Assembly: GCA_964644525.1 (NCBI GenBank)
Contig: CAZXWC010000003.1
Location: 1 to 56,892, forward strand
Reading direction: 5' to 3'
DNA length: 56,892 nucleotides
Source of the DNA: an uncultured Peptostreptococcaceae bacterium
GTDB lineage: Bacteria > Bacillota > Clostridia > Peptostreptococcales > BM714
Part shown: piece after piece, positions 35,389 to 46,279 of the stretch
Numbering within the stretch: position 1 is the first letter of the stretch
Layout of the letters: every line of letters starts with the position of its first letter
The notes under the pieces: generated by a model
Database searches by the model: none
What the model was told of the DNA's origin: nothing
What the model saw: only the letters and a program-made list of their open reading frames with translations
Translations under genes and position numbers: made by a program

Positions 35389-35436
35389 TCAATTAAAATA
35401 AAGAGGTCCATTCGCAGAATGGGATTCTGAAATTCA

Positions 35437-35468
35437 AAAAAGTTCCGGCACCAGCCGGGACTTTTTAT
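35437..35468 (+). terminator. Terminator after amt
   Basis: AAAAAGTTCCGGC / GCCGGGACTTTTT. Confidence 0.8.
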
Positions 35469-35644
35469 GTTTGATTCTAATGGCTTGACGGATATGGTAA
35501 AATATAAATAGGACTAGGGGGTATTTTGCAACTCTCTTTTGTCGAACAGGCACTAATAGAAGCGTTTCGCTGTTTTGTGTGTGAAAAATTGAATAGTCAA
35601 TATACAATGAGAGCAAATACAGATTGCAACAAGGAGATGATTAT

Positions 35645-35941
35645 ATGTCTAAGCATGAAGAAAAAACCGGGTTCATACAATTCATGAAGGAATTTTTTGG
35701 AGCTGCGACGGATTTTAACAGAAAATCGAGGTCAATGCTCGACAAGGAAGCTGTTGACCAAATGGACAATTTCATGTTGATTTGTTTTGCCGATAATTTA
35801 GGAATACCAATCCCTACAAGCTATTACACATTGGAGCTTTTGCCCTATTTAGCCGAGGATTTGGAAAAGTGGCAGAGAAGGATGATGGGTAGAAAATCAA
35901 TATGGCAGGAAAAATGGGGAGACTGGGATCTTGACGCATAG
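35645..35941 (+). CDS. Small conserved hypothetical protein resembling the family found next to cstA/arsA genes
   Basis: D.FML.CF...LGIP.P.SYYTLELLPY motif; RBS AAGGAG; start at ATG 35645. Confidence 0.7.
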   Translation: MSKHEEKTGFIQFMKEFFGAATDFNRKSRSMLDKEAVDQMDNFMLICFADNLGIPIPTSYYTLELLPYLAEDLEKWQRRMMGRKSIWQEKWGDWDLDA

Positions 35942-35967
35942 AAATAATTTGAGCGAGGAGGACATTG

Positions 35968-36912
35968 ATGAATAAAATTGTGTTTTTTGGAGGAAAGGGC
36001 GGAGTAGGAAAAACAAGTTGTTCTGCTGCTTTTGCATCATACACTGCTAAAAAGGGGAAGAAGACGCTTATTGTGTCAACTGATCCAGCCCACTCAATTT
36101 CGGATATTTTCGAAATGCCTATAAAAATGGATACCACACACATAAAGGAAAATTTGGATGGAATTGAAATTGATGCTGAGCATGAGAGTGGAAAGTATAT
36201 TGATGGAGTCAAGAGAAGTCTTGGAAAGGTTATAAGCCCGGTGATAATGGAAGAGATAAACCGTCAGCTTGATGCGTCATCAATTTCACCTGGAACCCAT
36301 GAGGCGGCTGTATTCGATAAAATGATAGAAATAATAGTTGAGAAGTCAGGCGATTATGATCAAATAGTATTTGACACGGCGCCAACAGGCCACACAATTC
36401 GCTTGTTCTCGCTCCCTGAGCTTTTGGGGGTTTGGATAGATTCACTTTTGGCTAAGAGAGAGAGGGCGCTGGAAGTGTCGCAAATGACTAAGTCTGTCAA
36501 CAGGGGATCAAAAGATTATCTAGACCATGACCCGATTCTCAAAATTTTAAACAGAAGAAAGACAAATATGGAAAAGGCTCGAGAAATTATGATCGATGAC
36601 AAGAAATTGGATTTTATTTTTGTCTTGAACGCTGAAAAACTTGCCATAGAGGAAACGAAAAAAGCGATTGATATTTTGAAGAAATACGACATGCCGGTAA
36701 GGGATTTGGTTATTAACAGGATTTTGCCCGATAAAATGACGGATGACTTTTGGAAGGCGAAAAAAGAGGATGAAGTTAAATATGTTGCTGAAATAGAAGG
36801 TTTTTTCAACGACAAGAGCATAATAAAACTTCCTCTTTTACAAAAGGATATGAGAGCGCACAATATTGACGATATGGCAGTCTACTTTGAGCAAGCTCTT
36901 GAAGAAAAATAA
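35968..36912 (+). CDS. ArsA/GET3 (TRC40)-like ATPase, single domain
   Basis: GGKGGVGKTS (deviant Walker A), STDPAHS, DTAPTGHT, INR; no CxxC near the C-terminus. Confidence 0.9.
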   Translation: MNKIVFFGGKGGVGKTSCSAAFASYTAKKGKKTLIVSTDPAHSISDIFEMPIKMDTTHIKENLDGIEIDAEHESGKYIDGVKRSLGKVISPVIMEEINRQLDASSISPGTHEAAVFDKMIEIIVEKSGDYDQIVFDTAPTGHTIRLFSLPELLGVWIDSLLAKRERALEVSQMTKSVNRGSKDYLDHDPILKILNRRKTNMEKAREIMIDDKKLDFIFVLNAEKLAIEETKKAIDILKKYDMPVRDLVINRILPDKMTDDFWKAKKEDEVKYVAEIEGFFNDKSIIKLPLLQKDMRAHNIDDMAVYFEQALEEK

Positions 36913-36935
36913 ACAAATAACCCAGACAATAAATT

Positions 36936-36959
36936 AAAACCGCCCGAGGGCGGTTTTTT
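36936..36959. terminator. Terminator after the ArsA-like gene
   Basis: AAAACCGCCC / GGGCGGTTTT. Confidence 0.85.
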
Positions 36960-37078
36960 CATGTAAAAAAATGGGTATATTATCAAAGGCGTCGGGCAGT
37001 CAAATTTTGAGTTAGGGAAATTTATTGATTGTAGTTTTGACTAAAAGGTTTTTAGAATAATTATAAGGATGTGGGGCA

Positions 37079-38008
37079 ATGAGTATAATTGAAGAAAGAA
37101 GAATTTCGATAGGCATAAGCGCTTGTGTGTATGGATGCAAGACAAGATACAATGGCAAGGGAATAGACGTTATGAGATTTTTCGGGAGGGAAAAAGAGAG
37201 CTTTGTATTTACCCCTGTATGTCCCGAAGTCCAGTCTGGAATGGGGATTCCAAGGGATCCTATAAGCCTCCGCGGAGGAGGAGGAGACGATGTATGGCAA
37301 GGTGATGCAAAGATAAAGAACAGGGGGGGAGAGGATGTGACCGAGTCAGTCAAAGATGGCTGCATCTGTTGCATGAAAACACTCGAAAAAGCTAAAGTTG
37401 ACGCATTTGTTTTTATGGAAGGAAGCCCATCATGTGGAGTTTACAGGACTTCGCTTAAAGGCAGGAGACTTGGGCATCCGCCGGGCATTTTTGGTGCGCT
37501 TTTATTGGAGAAAAGGATATTTTTAATTCCTGCCACGGATTTGCAGAGCCCAATAAAGAGATGGGATTGGATACGCAGGCTTTTTGCATTTACATGGCTG
37601 AAATCGCTGTCTCTCGAAAACAAGAAGGATATTTATGCTATGTGGCATGCATTGAAATTCATATGTCAGGAGATTGACAACGAAAAAGCGCGGAAAATAG
37701 GCAGAAACATAGCTTCGATGAAGGAAGCTTTCGAAGCAGAATATGCGGAAGAATTGAGGGATAAAATACTTGAAATGCTTAGAAAACCGTCAACACCTGC
37801 TAAAATCAAGCAGATGCTGTGGAAAAATTACGCCTATTATAGAAAAAATTACAAGAGGGAAATTGAAAGCATAAATGAGCCTTTGACCTTGAGAAATATG
37901 ACCGAGGTGGTAAAAGAACTTTCTACAATGGAACTTGCGGCATTCAAGGAAGGCTTTATATTTGGAGCCTCGCCTGTAATATTCAGAGACGGCAGAGGGC
38001 GAAAGTGA
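37079..38008 (+). CDS. DUF523 (2-thiouracil desulfidase TudS-like, Fe-S) domain with a C-terminal DUF1722/YbgA-like extension
   Basis: GISAC..G...RYNG, P.CPEV..G.G.PR.P, SPSCG. Confidence 0.8.
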   Translation: MSIIEERRISIGISACVYGCKTRYNGKGIDVMRFFGREKESFVFTPVCPEVQSGMGIPRDPISLRGGGGDDVWQGDAKIKNRGGEDVTESVKDGCICCMKTLEKAKVDAFVFMEGSPSCGVYRTSLKGRRLGHPPGIFGALLLEKRIFLIPATDLQSPIKRWDWIRRLFAFTWLKSLSLENKKDIYAMWHALKFICQEIDNEKARKIGRNIASMKEAFEAEYAEELRDKILEMLRKPSTPAKIKQMLWKNYAYYRKNYKREIESINEPLTLRNMTEVVKELSTMELAAFKEGFIFGASPVIFRDGRGRK

Positions 38009-38047
38009 CCCTGCTGTGCGGCTTGACAGAAAATGGGGTGAATTTTA

Positions 38048-38818
38048 TTGAAGACGGCGATTGAAATAAATAATTTAAATGTATGCTACAAGGGCAATTG
38101 TGTGCTGAGGAATGTGAATATGAAAGTTGCCGAAGGAGAGTTCATGGGTATAATAGGGCCTAACGGAGGGGGTAAGACAACCCTAGCCAAGGTTATTTTG
38201 GGCATAAAGGAAGCCAGTGAAGGGTCCGTGCTTGTTTATGGGATGCAGCCTCGGAAGGTTCGCGGTATCGTTGGATATGTTCCCCAGTTTACGACATTTG
38301 AAAAAGATTTTCCAATAAGCGTGGGGGAAGTTGTTCTTACTGGACTTTTGGGAAAGGTGAAGCCTTTCAGGAGATTCGGAAAAGAAGAGTTGCTTAAAGC
38401 TGACTCAATAATGGAAAGAGTGGGGATAAGACATCTCAAAGAAAAAGGAGTAAAGACTCTTTCAGGAGGGGCAACACAGAAAATGCTGATTGCCAGGGCT
38501 TTGGCAATAGAACCGAAGATACTTATTTTGGATGAGCCGACTGCAAGCATAGACACAAAGTCAAAAGATTCAATTTACGATTTGCTAAAGGAACTCAACA
38601 GCGAAATGACAATCATTCTTATAACCCACGACTTGGGAGTGATATCGGCATATGTAGAAAGCATAGCATGCCTTAACGTAGAACTATTCTACCATGGGGA
38701 ATCCGAAATAAACGAAAATATAATTGAACATACATTCGGATGCCCGGTGGATCTTCTCGCTCATGGGGTGCCTCACAGGGTTTTGAAGCATCACAAAAAA
38801 GAGGGTGAGCCGAAATGA
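38048..38818 (+). CDS. Zn/Mn ABC transporter ATPase (ZnuC-like)
   Basis: GPNGGGKTT, GYVPQ......FP.SV.EVV..G, LSGG, LDEPTA..D, C-terminal His-rich tail; TTG start. Confidence 0.88.
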   Translation: MKTAIEINNLNVCYKGNCVLRNVNMKVAEGEFMGIIGPNGGGKTTLAKVILGIKEASEGSVLVYGMQPRKVRGIVGYVPQFTTFEKDFPISVGEVVLTGLLGKVKPFRRFGKEELLKADSIMERVGIRHLKEKGVKTLSGGATQKMLIARALAIEPKILILDEPTASIDTKSKDSIYDLLKELNSEMTIILITHDLGVISAYVESIACLNVELFYHGESEINENIIEHTFGCPVDLLAHGVPHRVLKHHKKEGEPK

Positions 38819-39612
38819 TAGAGGATGCACTGGGGATCGCATTGACTCAACGCGTTATTTTTAGCGCTTTTTTCGCCAGCGTGCTGTGCGGAATTGTAGG
38901 AACTATAATTGTGGAAAAGAATATTGTAATGATGAGCGGCGGAATAGCCCACATGGTTTTCGGAGGCGTAGGGCTTGGGTTTCTTATGGGTTTCGAACCT
39001 TTATTGGGGGCGCTTGCATTTGCATTGACAGGGGCAATAATAATTGCAGCAATGAAAAAAAAGGATTCCAGGCACTTTGACGGAACGATAGGGGTTTTGT
39101 GGGCGCTTGGGATGGCGCTCGGGAGCATATTCATTTATTTAAAACCCGGCGAGCCGCCTGATATACACGTCTATCTTTTTGGGGATATAGAAGCAGTAAG
39201 ACTAGCCGATCTTTATCCAATGGCTTTGCTTACTATTGTGACAATTGTACTTGCATTCGCATATATCAATCACCTTAAGTCGTATCTTTTCGACGAGTTG
39301 TTTGCAGATGCAACAGGAAGCGCAAGCGTGGCTTTTGATTATTTGTTATATGCGTTTGTGGGTGTTTCGGTTGTTGTACTTCTCAGATTGGTAGGCATTA
39401 TATTGGCAATAGCTCTATTGACGATTCCTCCAATGATAGCGGGTCGCTTTACAAAAAAAATAGAAACGACAATGGTGCTCGCATCAGTTTTGGGTTTTAT
39501 TTTTTCCTTGTCTGGAATGGTGCTTGCATATAAATATGCATTGCCATCGGGAGCTACAATCATTTTATTGGCTTCCATTGCATTTACTGCAACTTTGCCG
39601 GCGGCAAGATAG
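38815..39612 (+). CDS. Zn/Mn ABC transporter permease (ZnuB-like, ABC-3)
   Basis: IAH..FGGVGLG, YLFGDI, D..FA...G, LVGIIL..ALLTIP. Confidence 0.88.
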   Translation: MIEDALGIALTQRVIFSAFFASVLCGIVGTIIVEKNIVMMSGGIAHMVFGGVGLGFLMGFEPLLGALAFALTGAIIIAAMKKKDSRHFDGTIGVLWALGMALGSIFIYLKPGEPPDIHVYLFGDIEAVRLADLYPMALLTIVTIVLAFAYINHLKSYLFDELFADATGSASVAFDYLLYAFVGVSVVVLLRLVGIILAIALLTIPPMIAGRFTKKIETTMVLASVLGFIFSLSGMVLAYKYALPSGATIILLASIAFTATLPAAR

Positions 39613-39754
39613 CCTTTTCATATTATCTTGCCGGCATATTTATCTTGATTTTTTTTAATGGTCAATTTTATAACATAAAAAAGTTGAAAAGGCATTGAAA
39701 CTGAATGAAGGTCCTTGAAAAAACATGAAAGAGCCTCCAAATGGCAAAAAGGGG

Positions 39755-39845
39755 TTTACAAAGACTTGACGAGTGGTATAATTTACGGGGATATTCATAG
39801 AAGAGCGGTTTATATGTTACCTTGATACATCATCTATGGTATAAT
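39755..39845 (+). promoter_or_regulatory. Two candidate extended -10 promoters upstream of tig
   Basis: TTTACA-N16-TATAAT (TGG TATAAT at 39774-82) and a second TGGTATAAT at 39837-45. Confidence 0.5.
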
Positions 39846-39945
39846 GTGTTATTGTAACAGTATAAACTTTTTTTGATTAAATCTTCGGATTACAACCCTG
39901 GAAGCGGGGAAAAAGCTAACATATAATTAGAGGAGGCACACTATC

Positions 39946-41229
39946 ATGAGTTCAGAATTAGTAAAAAAAGAAAACAACAAGGTCAGTTTGAAGGTCACAG
40001 TTTCAGACGAGGCTTTCAAGAAGGCCATACAAAAGGCATACTTGAAAAACAGAGGCCGATTCAATATACCGGGTTTCCGAAAAGGCAAAGCGCCGCAAAA
40101 GGTAATAGAGTTGCAATACGGCGTTGGAGTTTTTTATGACGATGCTATAAATGAAGCCTTTCCGGTTGAATATGAAAAGGCTATTGAGGAACTTGGCTTG
40201 GATCCTGTTGACAGGCCGGATGTTGACATCGAGACCTTGGAAAAAGGCGAGCCCGTAGTGTTTACGGTAGATGTAACAGTCAAACCGGAAGTTGTTCTTG
40301 GTGACTACAATTCAATTGAAGTGGAGAATGTCTCCTCAGAGGTTAAGGACGAGGATGTAGAAGCCGAGATGGAAAAATCAAGAGAAAAGAATGCGCGTCT
40401 TGTAAGCGTTGAAGAAGAAGCCGAAGAGGGCGACACTGCAATGATCGATTATGAAGGTTTTGTGGGCGGTGAGGCTTTTGAAGGCGGAAAAGGCGAGAAT
40501 CATCCTTTGGAATTGGGTTCCAAGCAGTTCATACCGGGTTTTGAGGAACAATTGCTGGGATGCAAGGCAGGCGAAGAAAAAGAAGTCAAGCTTGTTTTCC
40601 CCGAAGAATATCATTCGGATGAGCTGGCTGGGGAAGAAGCCACTTTTAAGGTTTCTATAAAAGAAATCAAGCGTAAGGAACTGCCGGAGATGGATGACGA
40701 GTTTGCAAAAGATATAAGTGAATTCGACACATTGGAAGAGCTTAAGGCCGATATTAAGGCTAAATTGGAAGAGGAAGCTGAAAAACGTGCGGAATCTGAA
40801 ATAAGGAACAAGGTTGTAGAAAAAGCGGTTTCGATTTCTGAAATAGATCTTCCTGATGTTATGATTGAAAACGAGATAGATTCAATGATAAAGGATTTTG
40901 AATATCAATTGAGATATCAGGGCTTGGATTTGGACAAGTACTATGAAATTACACAGTCTGAAGAAAAAGATCTGAGAGAACAGATGAAAGAGGATGCTGA
41001 GAAAAAGGCCAGGGCAGCCCTGGTTATAGAAGCCGTCGCCACGAAGGAAGCTGTTGAAGCTTCTGAAGAGGACGTTGAAAAGGAAATGGAAAAAATCGCA
41101 GAGCAATATAAAATGGAACTGGACAAAGTCAAGATGACTTACGGTGGACAAAACGTAGAATACTTGAAGGATTCTATTGTATCCAGAAAAACAATAGATC
41201 TTTTGGTTGAAAAAGCAAAACTTGTTTAG
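39946..41229 (+). CDS. tig: Trigger factor
   Basis: IPGFRKGKAP signature; FKBP domain FEGG.......LGS..FIPGFE. Confidence 0.97.
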   Translation: MSSELVKKENNKVSLKVTVSDEAFKKAIQKAYLKNRGRFNIPGFRKGKAPQKVIELQYGVGVFYDDAINEAFPVEYEKAIEELGLDPVDRPDVDIETLEKGEPVVFTVDVTVKPEVVLGDYNSIEVENVSSEVKDEDVEAEMEKSREKNARLVSVEEEAEEGDTAMIDYEGFVGGEAFEGGKGENHPLELGSKQFIPGFEEQLLGCKAGEEKEVKLVFPEEYHSDELAGEEATFKVSIKEIKRKELPEMDDEFAKDISEFDTLEELKADIKAKLEEEAEKRAESEIRNKVVEKAVSISEIDLPDVMIENEIDSMIKDFEYQLRYQGLDLDKYYEITQSEEKDLREQMKEDAEKKARAALVIEAVATKEAVEASEEDVEKEMEKIAEQYKMELDKVKMTYGGQNVEYLKDSIVSRKTIDLLVEKAKLV

Positions 41230-41273
41230 AATGCGAAGAAGAAAAGGTATAATTGAAACAGGAGGTGTTTTTT

Positions 41274-41855
41274 ATGGCGCTGGTGCCAATAGTTGTAGAA
41301 CAAACTAACAGAGGCGAAAGATCTTATGACATTTTTTCCAGATTGCTTAAAGACCGAATAATTTTTTTGGGAGAAGAAGTGAATGATGCTACGGCGAGTC
41401 TAATTGTGGCACAAATGCTTTTTTTGGAATCTGAAGATCCTGATAAAGACATATCGCTTTATATAAACAGTCCCGGTGGTTCAATCACTTCGGGAATGGC
41501 GATTTATGATACAATGCAGTTTATTAAACCGGACGTTTCAACAATATGTGTGGGAATGGCCGCGTCAATGGGTGCATTTTTGTTGGCGGCAGGAGAAAAA
41601 GGGAAAAGATATGCGCTTCCTAATTCCGAGATAATGATTCATCAGCCTCTTGGAGGAACCCAGGGGCAGGCTGAGGATATACGTATCCATGCCGAGAGAA
41701 TTATAAAAATAAGAGAAAAACTGAATGAGATTTTAAGTGAGAGAACAGGACAAAGTCTAGAAAAAATATCCATTGACACGGACAGGGATAATTTTATGAG
41801 TTCCGAAGATTCCGTTGAGTATGGAATAATTGACAAAGTTATCAGCTCAAGATAA
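41274..41855 (+). CDS. clpP: ATP-dependent Clp protease proteolytic subunit
   Basis: [37 protein letters not shown]; start at ATG 41274. Confidence 0.98.
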   Translation: MALVPIVVEQTNRGERSYDIFSRLLKDRIIFLGEEVNDATASLIVAQMLFLESEDPDKDISLYINSPGGSITSGMAIYDTMQFIKPDVSTICVGMAASMGAFLLAAGEKGKRYALPNSEIMIHQPLGGTQGQAEDIRIHAERIIKIREKLNEILSERTGQSLEKISIDTDRDNFMSSEDSVEYGIIDKVISSR

Positions 41856-41875
41856 CGTATGAAAGAGGTGTTTTA

Positions 41876-43144
41876 ATGGCAAAAAGCGATGAGAGAAAGC
41901 AACTCAGATGCTCATTTTGTGGAAAAACGCAAGATCAAGTAAGGCGTTTGATTGCCGGACCCAATGTTTATATATGTGATGAGTGTGTTGAACTCTGCAT
42001 GGAAATAATCAAAGAGGAATTGAATGAGACTTTTGATGTGGAAATGTCTGGCATACTAAAGCCTGCAAAGATAAAGGAAATTCTTGATCAATATGTTATT
42101 GGGCAGGAAAGCGCCAAAAGGACATTGGCGGTTGCAGTCTACAACCACTATAAGAGAATAAATAAAGAAAAAAATGAAGACGATGTCGAATTACAGAAAA
42201 GCAACATTTTGCTTATAGGGCCAACCGGTTGTGGAAAGACGCTTTTGGCTCAGACATTGGCAAAGTTGCTTAAGGTTCCCTTTGCAATTGCTGACGCCAC
42301 ATCCCTCACAGAAGCTGGTTATGTTGGAGAAGATGTTGAAAACATACTTCTAAGGCTGATACAGGCTGCTGATTATGATGTGGAAAGAGCCAAGAAGGGA
42401 ATAATATATATCGACGAAATCGATAAGATATCAAGGAAATCTGACAATCCTTCAATTACAAGGGATGTCAGTGGAGAGGGTGTGCAACAGGCCCTTTTGA
42501 AGATAATAGAAGGAACCGTCGCCAGTGTTCCACCTCAAGGTGGAAGAAAGCATCCACAGCAGGAATTTATACAGATTGACACAAGTGACATTTTGTTTAT
42601 ATGCGGGGGAGCATTTGACGGAATAGAAAAAATAATCCAGAAGAGAATCGGAGAAAAGAATATAGGTTTCGTTGCCGATGTGATAGGCAAAGAAGAGCTG
42701 GAAATAGGGGCACTTCTGGAAAAAATTCTTCCAATGGATTTGCTTAGATACGGTTTGATTCCGGAATTCATCGGCCGTGTGCCCGTTTATGCGGGTTTGC
42801 ATGAACTGAAGGAAGATGCTCTGAAAAGGATACTTCTTGAACCGAAAAATGCCTTGGTCAAGCAGTACAAAAAGCTTTTTGAACTCGACGGCGTTGAACT
42901 CGAGTTTGAAGATGAGGCAATTGATGAAATTGTAACTGAAGCTGTCAAGCGCAACACAGGTGCAAGGGGCTTGAGAGGCATAATAGAAAGCGTAATGAGG
43001 GATATAATGTTTGATATTCCTTCCAGGGACGACATCAAAAAATGTATCGTAACGAGGGAAACGATCAGCAAAGGGGTCCAACCCAAACTGGTTTATGGAG
43101 AAAGCAAACGCAAGCGTGGCAAGAAGGAAGAAAATGCGTCTTAG
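41876..43144 (+). CDS. clpX: ATP-dependent Clp protease ATP-binding subunit ClpX
   Basis: CSFCGK...ICDEC zinc finger, [37 protein letters not shown]. Confidence 0.98.
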   Translation: MAKSDERKQLRCSFCGKTQDQVRRLIAGPNVYICDECVELCMEIIKEELNETFDVEMSGILKPAKIKEILDQYVIGQESAKRTLAVAVYNHYKRINKEKNEDDVELQKSNILLIGPTGCGKTLLAQTLAKLLKVPFAIADATSLTEAGYVGEDVENILLRLIQAADYDVERAKKGIIYIDEIDKISRKSDNPSITRDVSGEGVQQALLKIIEGTVASVPPQGGRKHPQQEFIQIDTSDILFICGGAFDGIEKIIQKRIGEKNIGFVADVIGKEELEIGALLEKILPMDLLRYGLIPEFIGRVPVYAGLHELKEDALKRILLEPKNALVKQYKKLFELDGVELEFEDEAIDEIVTEAVKRNTGARGLRGIIESVMRDIMFDIPSRDDIKKCIVTRETISKGVQPKLVYGESKRKRGKKEENAS

Positions 43145-43154
43145 AAATGACTGG

Positions 43155-43185
43155 ATAAGAAAGCGGGGTTCTCGCTTTCTTATTT
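43155..43185 (+). terminator. Stem-loop after clpX
   Basis: ATAAGAAAGCG / CGCTTTCTTAT. Confidence 0.65.
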
Positions 43186-43266
43186 AATTAAACGGTTTTC
43201 GTAAATGAAAGCTGATTTCAAGAAATATGGTCTAATATGCGGACCGGCGACAAGGAGGGTTAAAAT

Positions 43267-45606
43267 ATGGATGAAATAAAGAAGAATCTGATAGAGCTTC
43301 CGATGATACCCCTAAGAGGGCTTACAGTTTTTCCTAATATGGTACTTCATTTTGACATAGGCAGGGAAAAGTCCATCAAGGCCTTGGAAGAAGCCATGAT
43401 GATGGATCAAATGATATTTTTGTCATCGCAGAAGGAAGTAGAGGTTGATTTACCTACAGGTTCTGATTTTTATAAAGTGGGAACTGTTTCTAAAATAAAG
43501 CAAATGCTAAAGTTACCAGGTGATGCAATCCGTGTGCTTGTGGAAGGCGTTGATCGTGGTAAAATAGTTGAGATTGTTGAGGAAACACCTTTTTTCAGGG
43601 TCGAAATTGAAGAATACATTGATGAGGACAAAATGGAAGTGACCAAGGAATGCGAGGCGTTGATGCGTACCGTAATAAATGCTTTTGAAGAATACATCAG
43701 CGCGAGCACCAAGCTTTCTCCAGAAGTTCTTATAACCGTTTCTTCTATAGAGGAACCCGGGCGACTGGCGGATGCGGCGGCATCACATATGATTCTTAAA
43801 ACGAGTCAGAAACAAGAAATACTCGAGGCGCTCAATCCCAAGGAACGTTTGGAAGTGCTTTACCAGATACTCTTGAAGGAAATTGAAATACTGGAAATTG
43901 AAAATGAGATAGACAAGAAGGTTAGAAAACGCCTAAACAAGATTCAGAAAGACTATTATCTTAAAGAACAAATGAAGGCCATTCAGGACGAGTTGGGTGA
44001 AGGTCCAGGTCTTGACAACGATATAGAGGAGCTTTATCAGAAACTTGATAAAGCCAAAATACCTAAAAACGTAAGGGAAAAAGCCGAAAAGGAAATAAAA
44101 CGTTTGAAAATGATGTCGCCTGGTTCTGCGGAGGGAAACGTTATAAGGACTTATGTGACATGGCTTTTGGAATTGCCGTGGAACAAGCAGACCAAGGACA
44201 GTATTGATATTAAAAAGGCCAAGAAAATTCTTGAAGAGGACCACTATGGGTTAAAAGATGTAAAAGAACGAATATTGGAATACCTTGCCATACGCAAGCT
44301 TGTAAAAAGCATGAAAGGGCCAATAATATGTCTTGTAGGCCCTCCGGGGGTAGGCAAAACGTCAATAGCCAAATCAATTGCAAGGTCGCTTAATCGTAAA
44401 TTCGTCCGAATGTCTTTAGGCGGGGTAAGGGATGAAGCGGAAATTCGTGGCCACAGGAGAACTTATATAGGGGCTATACCTGGTAGAATAATAACGGCTG
44501 TAAAGGATGCAAACAGCAAGAACCCGGTTTTCCTTTTTGACGAGATAGACAAGATAAGCAGTAATTTCAGGGGGGATCCGGCTTCGGCTTTGCTTGAGGT
44601 TTTAGACCCTGAACAAAACAAGGAGTTCACAGACAACTATCTTGAGATGCCTTTTGACCTTTCTAAGGTTATGTTTTTAACCACTGCAAATTCATTGGGC
44701 GACATCCCCAGACCACTTATGGACAGGATGGAAATCATAAAGGTTTCAGGCTATACCGAACCGGAAAAAACTAAGATTGCCGTACGATATCTTTTGCCTA
44801 AACAATTGAAGGAACATGGATTAAAGCCTGAAAATCTTTCGATTTCGGACAAAACCATAAAGGATATAATTAATTTCTATACCAGAGAATCCGGGGTGAG
44901 GGAACTCGAAAGACAGGTTGCCAAGATTTGCAGGAAAGCGGCTGTAAAGATTGTCGAGGAAAAAATCGATACAGTCCGAATTACAAAGTCAAACCTTGAC
45001 AAATACTTGGGAAAAAAGAAGTACAAGTATGATGTATTGAGCCAGAAAAGCGAATTGGGGCTTGCCACTGGATTGGCGTGGACGACCGTAGGCGGGGAAA
45101 CATTGACTATAGAGGCGACTTTGATGAGCGGGAAAGGTGAAATAACACTGACCGGGCAATTGGGCGATGTAATGAAAGAGTCGGCACAGGCAGGAATAAG
45201 CTATATCAGAAGCAAGGCCGAATCGCTTGGAATCGATAAGGCTTTTCATAAGAAAACGGATGTGCACATTCATATACCGGAAGGAGCAATACCGAAAGAC
45301 GGTCCTTCAGCGGGCATTACAATGGCTACAGCCGTAATTTCCGCATTGACCGGCAGACCTGTAAACAGGGAGGTTGCCATGACGGGAGAAATCACTTTGA
45401 GGGGAAGGGTTCTTCCAATTGGAGGGCTCAAGGAAAAATCTCTTGCTGCTGAAAGAGCTGGGATCAAGAAGATTTTGATACCAAAGGAAAATGAAAAGGA
45501 CTTGGAAGAAATACCGGCTATAGTCAGGCGGAAGGTGAAATTTGTTCCGGTTGAAAGTATGGACGAGGTAATTAGCCATGCTCTTGTGGCAGGGGAACAG
45601 AAATGA
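43267..45606 (+). CDS. lon: Lon protease (endopeptidase La)
   Basis: [32 protein letters not shown] (Ser), IGGLKEK (Lys). Confidence 0.98.
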   Translation: MDEIKKNLIELPMIPLRGLTVFPNMVLHFDIGREKSIKALEEAMMMDQMIFLSSQKEVEVDLPTGSDFYKVGTVSKIKQMLKLPGDAIRVLVEGVDRGKIVEIVEETPFFRVEIEEYIDEDKMEVTKECEALMRTVINAFEEYISASTKLSPEVLITVSSIEEPGRLADAAASHMILKTSQKQEILEALNPKERLEVLYQILLKEIEILEIENEIDKKVRKRLNKIQKDYYLKEQMKAIQDELGEGPGLDNDIEELYQKLDKAKIPKNVREKAEKEIKRLKMMSPGSAEGNVIRTYVTWLLELPWNKQTKDSIDIKKAKKILEEDHYGLKDVKERILEYLAIRKLVKSMKGPIICLVGPPGVGKTSIAKSIARSLNRKFVRMSLGGVRDEAEIRGHRRTYIGAIPGRIITAVKDANSKNPVFLFDEIDKISSNFRGDPASALLEVLDPEQNKEFTDNYLEMPFDLSKVMFLTTANSLGDIPRPLMDRMEIIKVSGYTEPEKTKIAVRYLLPKQLKEHGLKPENLSISDKTIKDIINFYTRESGVRELERQVAKICRKAAVKIVEEKIDTVRITKSNLDKYLGKKKYKYDVLSQKSELGLATGLAWTTVGGETLTIEATLMSGKGEITLTGQLGDVMKESAQAGISYIRSKAESLGIDKAFHKKTDVHIHIPEGAIPKDGPSAGITMATAVISALTGRPVNREVAMTGEITLRGRVLPIGGLKEKSLAAERAGIKKILIPKENEKDLEEIPAIVRRKVKFVPVESMDEVISHALVAGEQK

Positions 45607-46208
45607 AAATTAAAAATGCCGATTTTGTAATAAGTGCTGTCAGTCCGGCACAGTATCCGGAGGACAATTTGCCTGAAATTGCTTTTGCCGGACGTTCCAA
45701 TGTTGGAAAATCCTCTCTCATAAATATGTTAGTAAACAGGAAAAAAATGGCCAGGACAAGCTCTACACCGGGAAAGACGCAGACTATAAATTTTTACAGA
45801 ATCAATGATCTGCTTTACTTTGTCGATCTTCAGGGTTATGGATATGCAAAGGTTTCCAAAAAAAGCAGGGAATCATGGGGCAAGAGTATAGAAAGATATC
45901 TGCATAACAGACAAATGCTGATGAGCGTATTTCTTTTGGTGGATATTCGACATGAGCCTTCTAAACTTGATAAAACAATGTATGATTGGATACGGGGTCA
46001 GGGATACAGGGGGATTGTTCTTGCAACCAAGACCGACAAGATTCCAAAGAGCAGGAAGGAAACCCATCTCAAGACTATAAGAAAAACACTTGAAATGGAT
46101 GAAGCAGATTTGCTTATTCCTGTTTCTCTTAAGACCAAAGCGGGTCGCGAAGAAATTTGGGAGACGATTGACGACAAGATGGCGGAGTATGGATTGTTTG
46201 AAGATTGA
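45603..46208 (+). CDS. engB: Ribosome biogenesis GTP-binding protein YihA/YsxC
   Basis: [22 protein letters not shown]; usual position after lon. Confidence 0.95.
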   Translation: MKIKNADFVISAVSPAQYPEDNLPEIAFAGRSNVGKSSLINMLVNRKKMARTSSTPGKTQTINFYRINDLLYFVDLQGYGYAKVSKKSRESWGKSIERYLHNRQMLMSVFLLVDIRHEPSKLDKTMYDWIRGQGYRGIVLATKTDKIPKSRKETHLKTIRKTLEMDEADLLIPVSLKTKAGREEIWETIDDKMAEYGLFED

Positions 46209-46279
46209 TTGATAAAAAAATATGTTCCACCTGGAGAGGTAATAGGAAAAAGATTGCCGCTTCAGTGGGAACATATTTT

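Noticed and set aside
42452-43081. 209-aa minus-strand ORF
   Set aside because: Antisense to clpX
39946-46208. tig-clpP-clpX-lon-engB cluster
   Set aside because: Ordinary conserved Firmicutes arrangement; I found no complete CtsR or CIRCE box upstream
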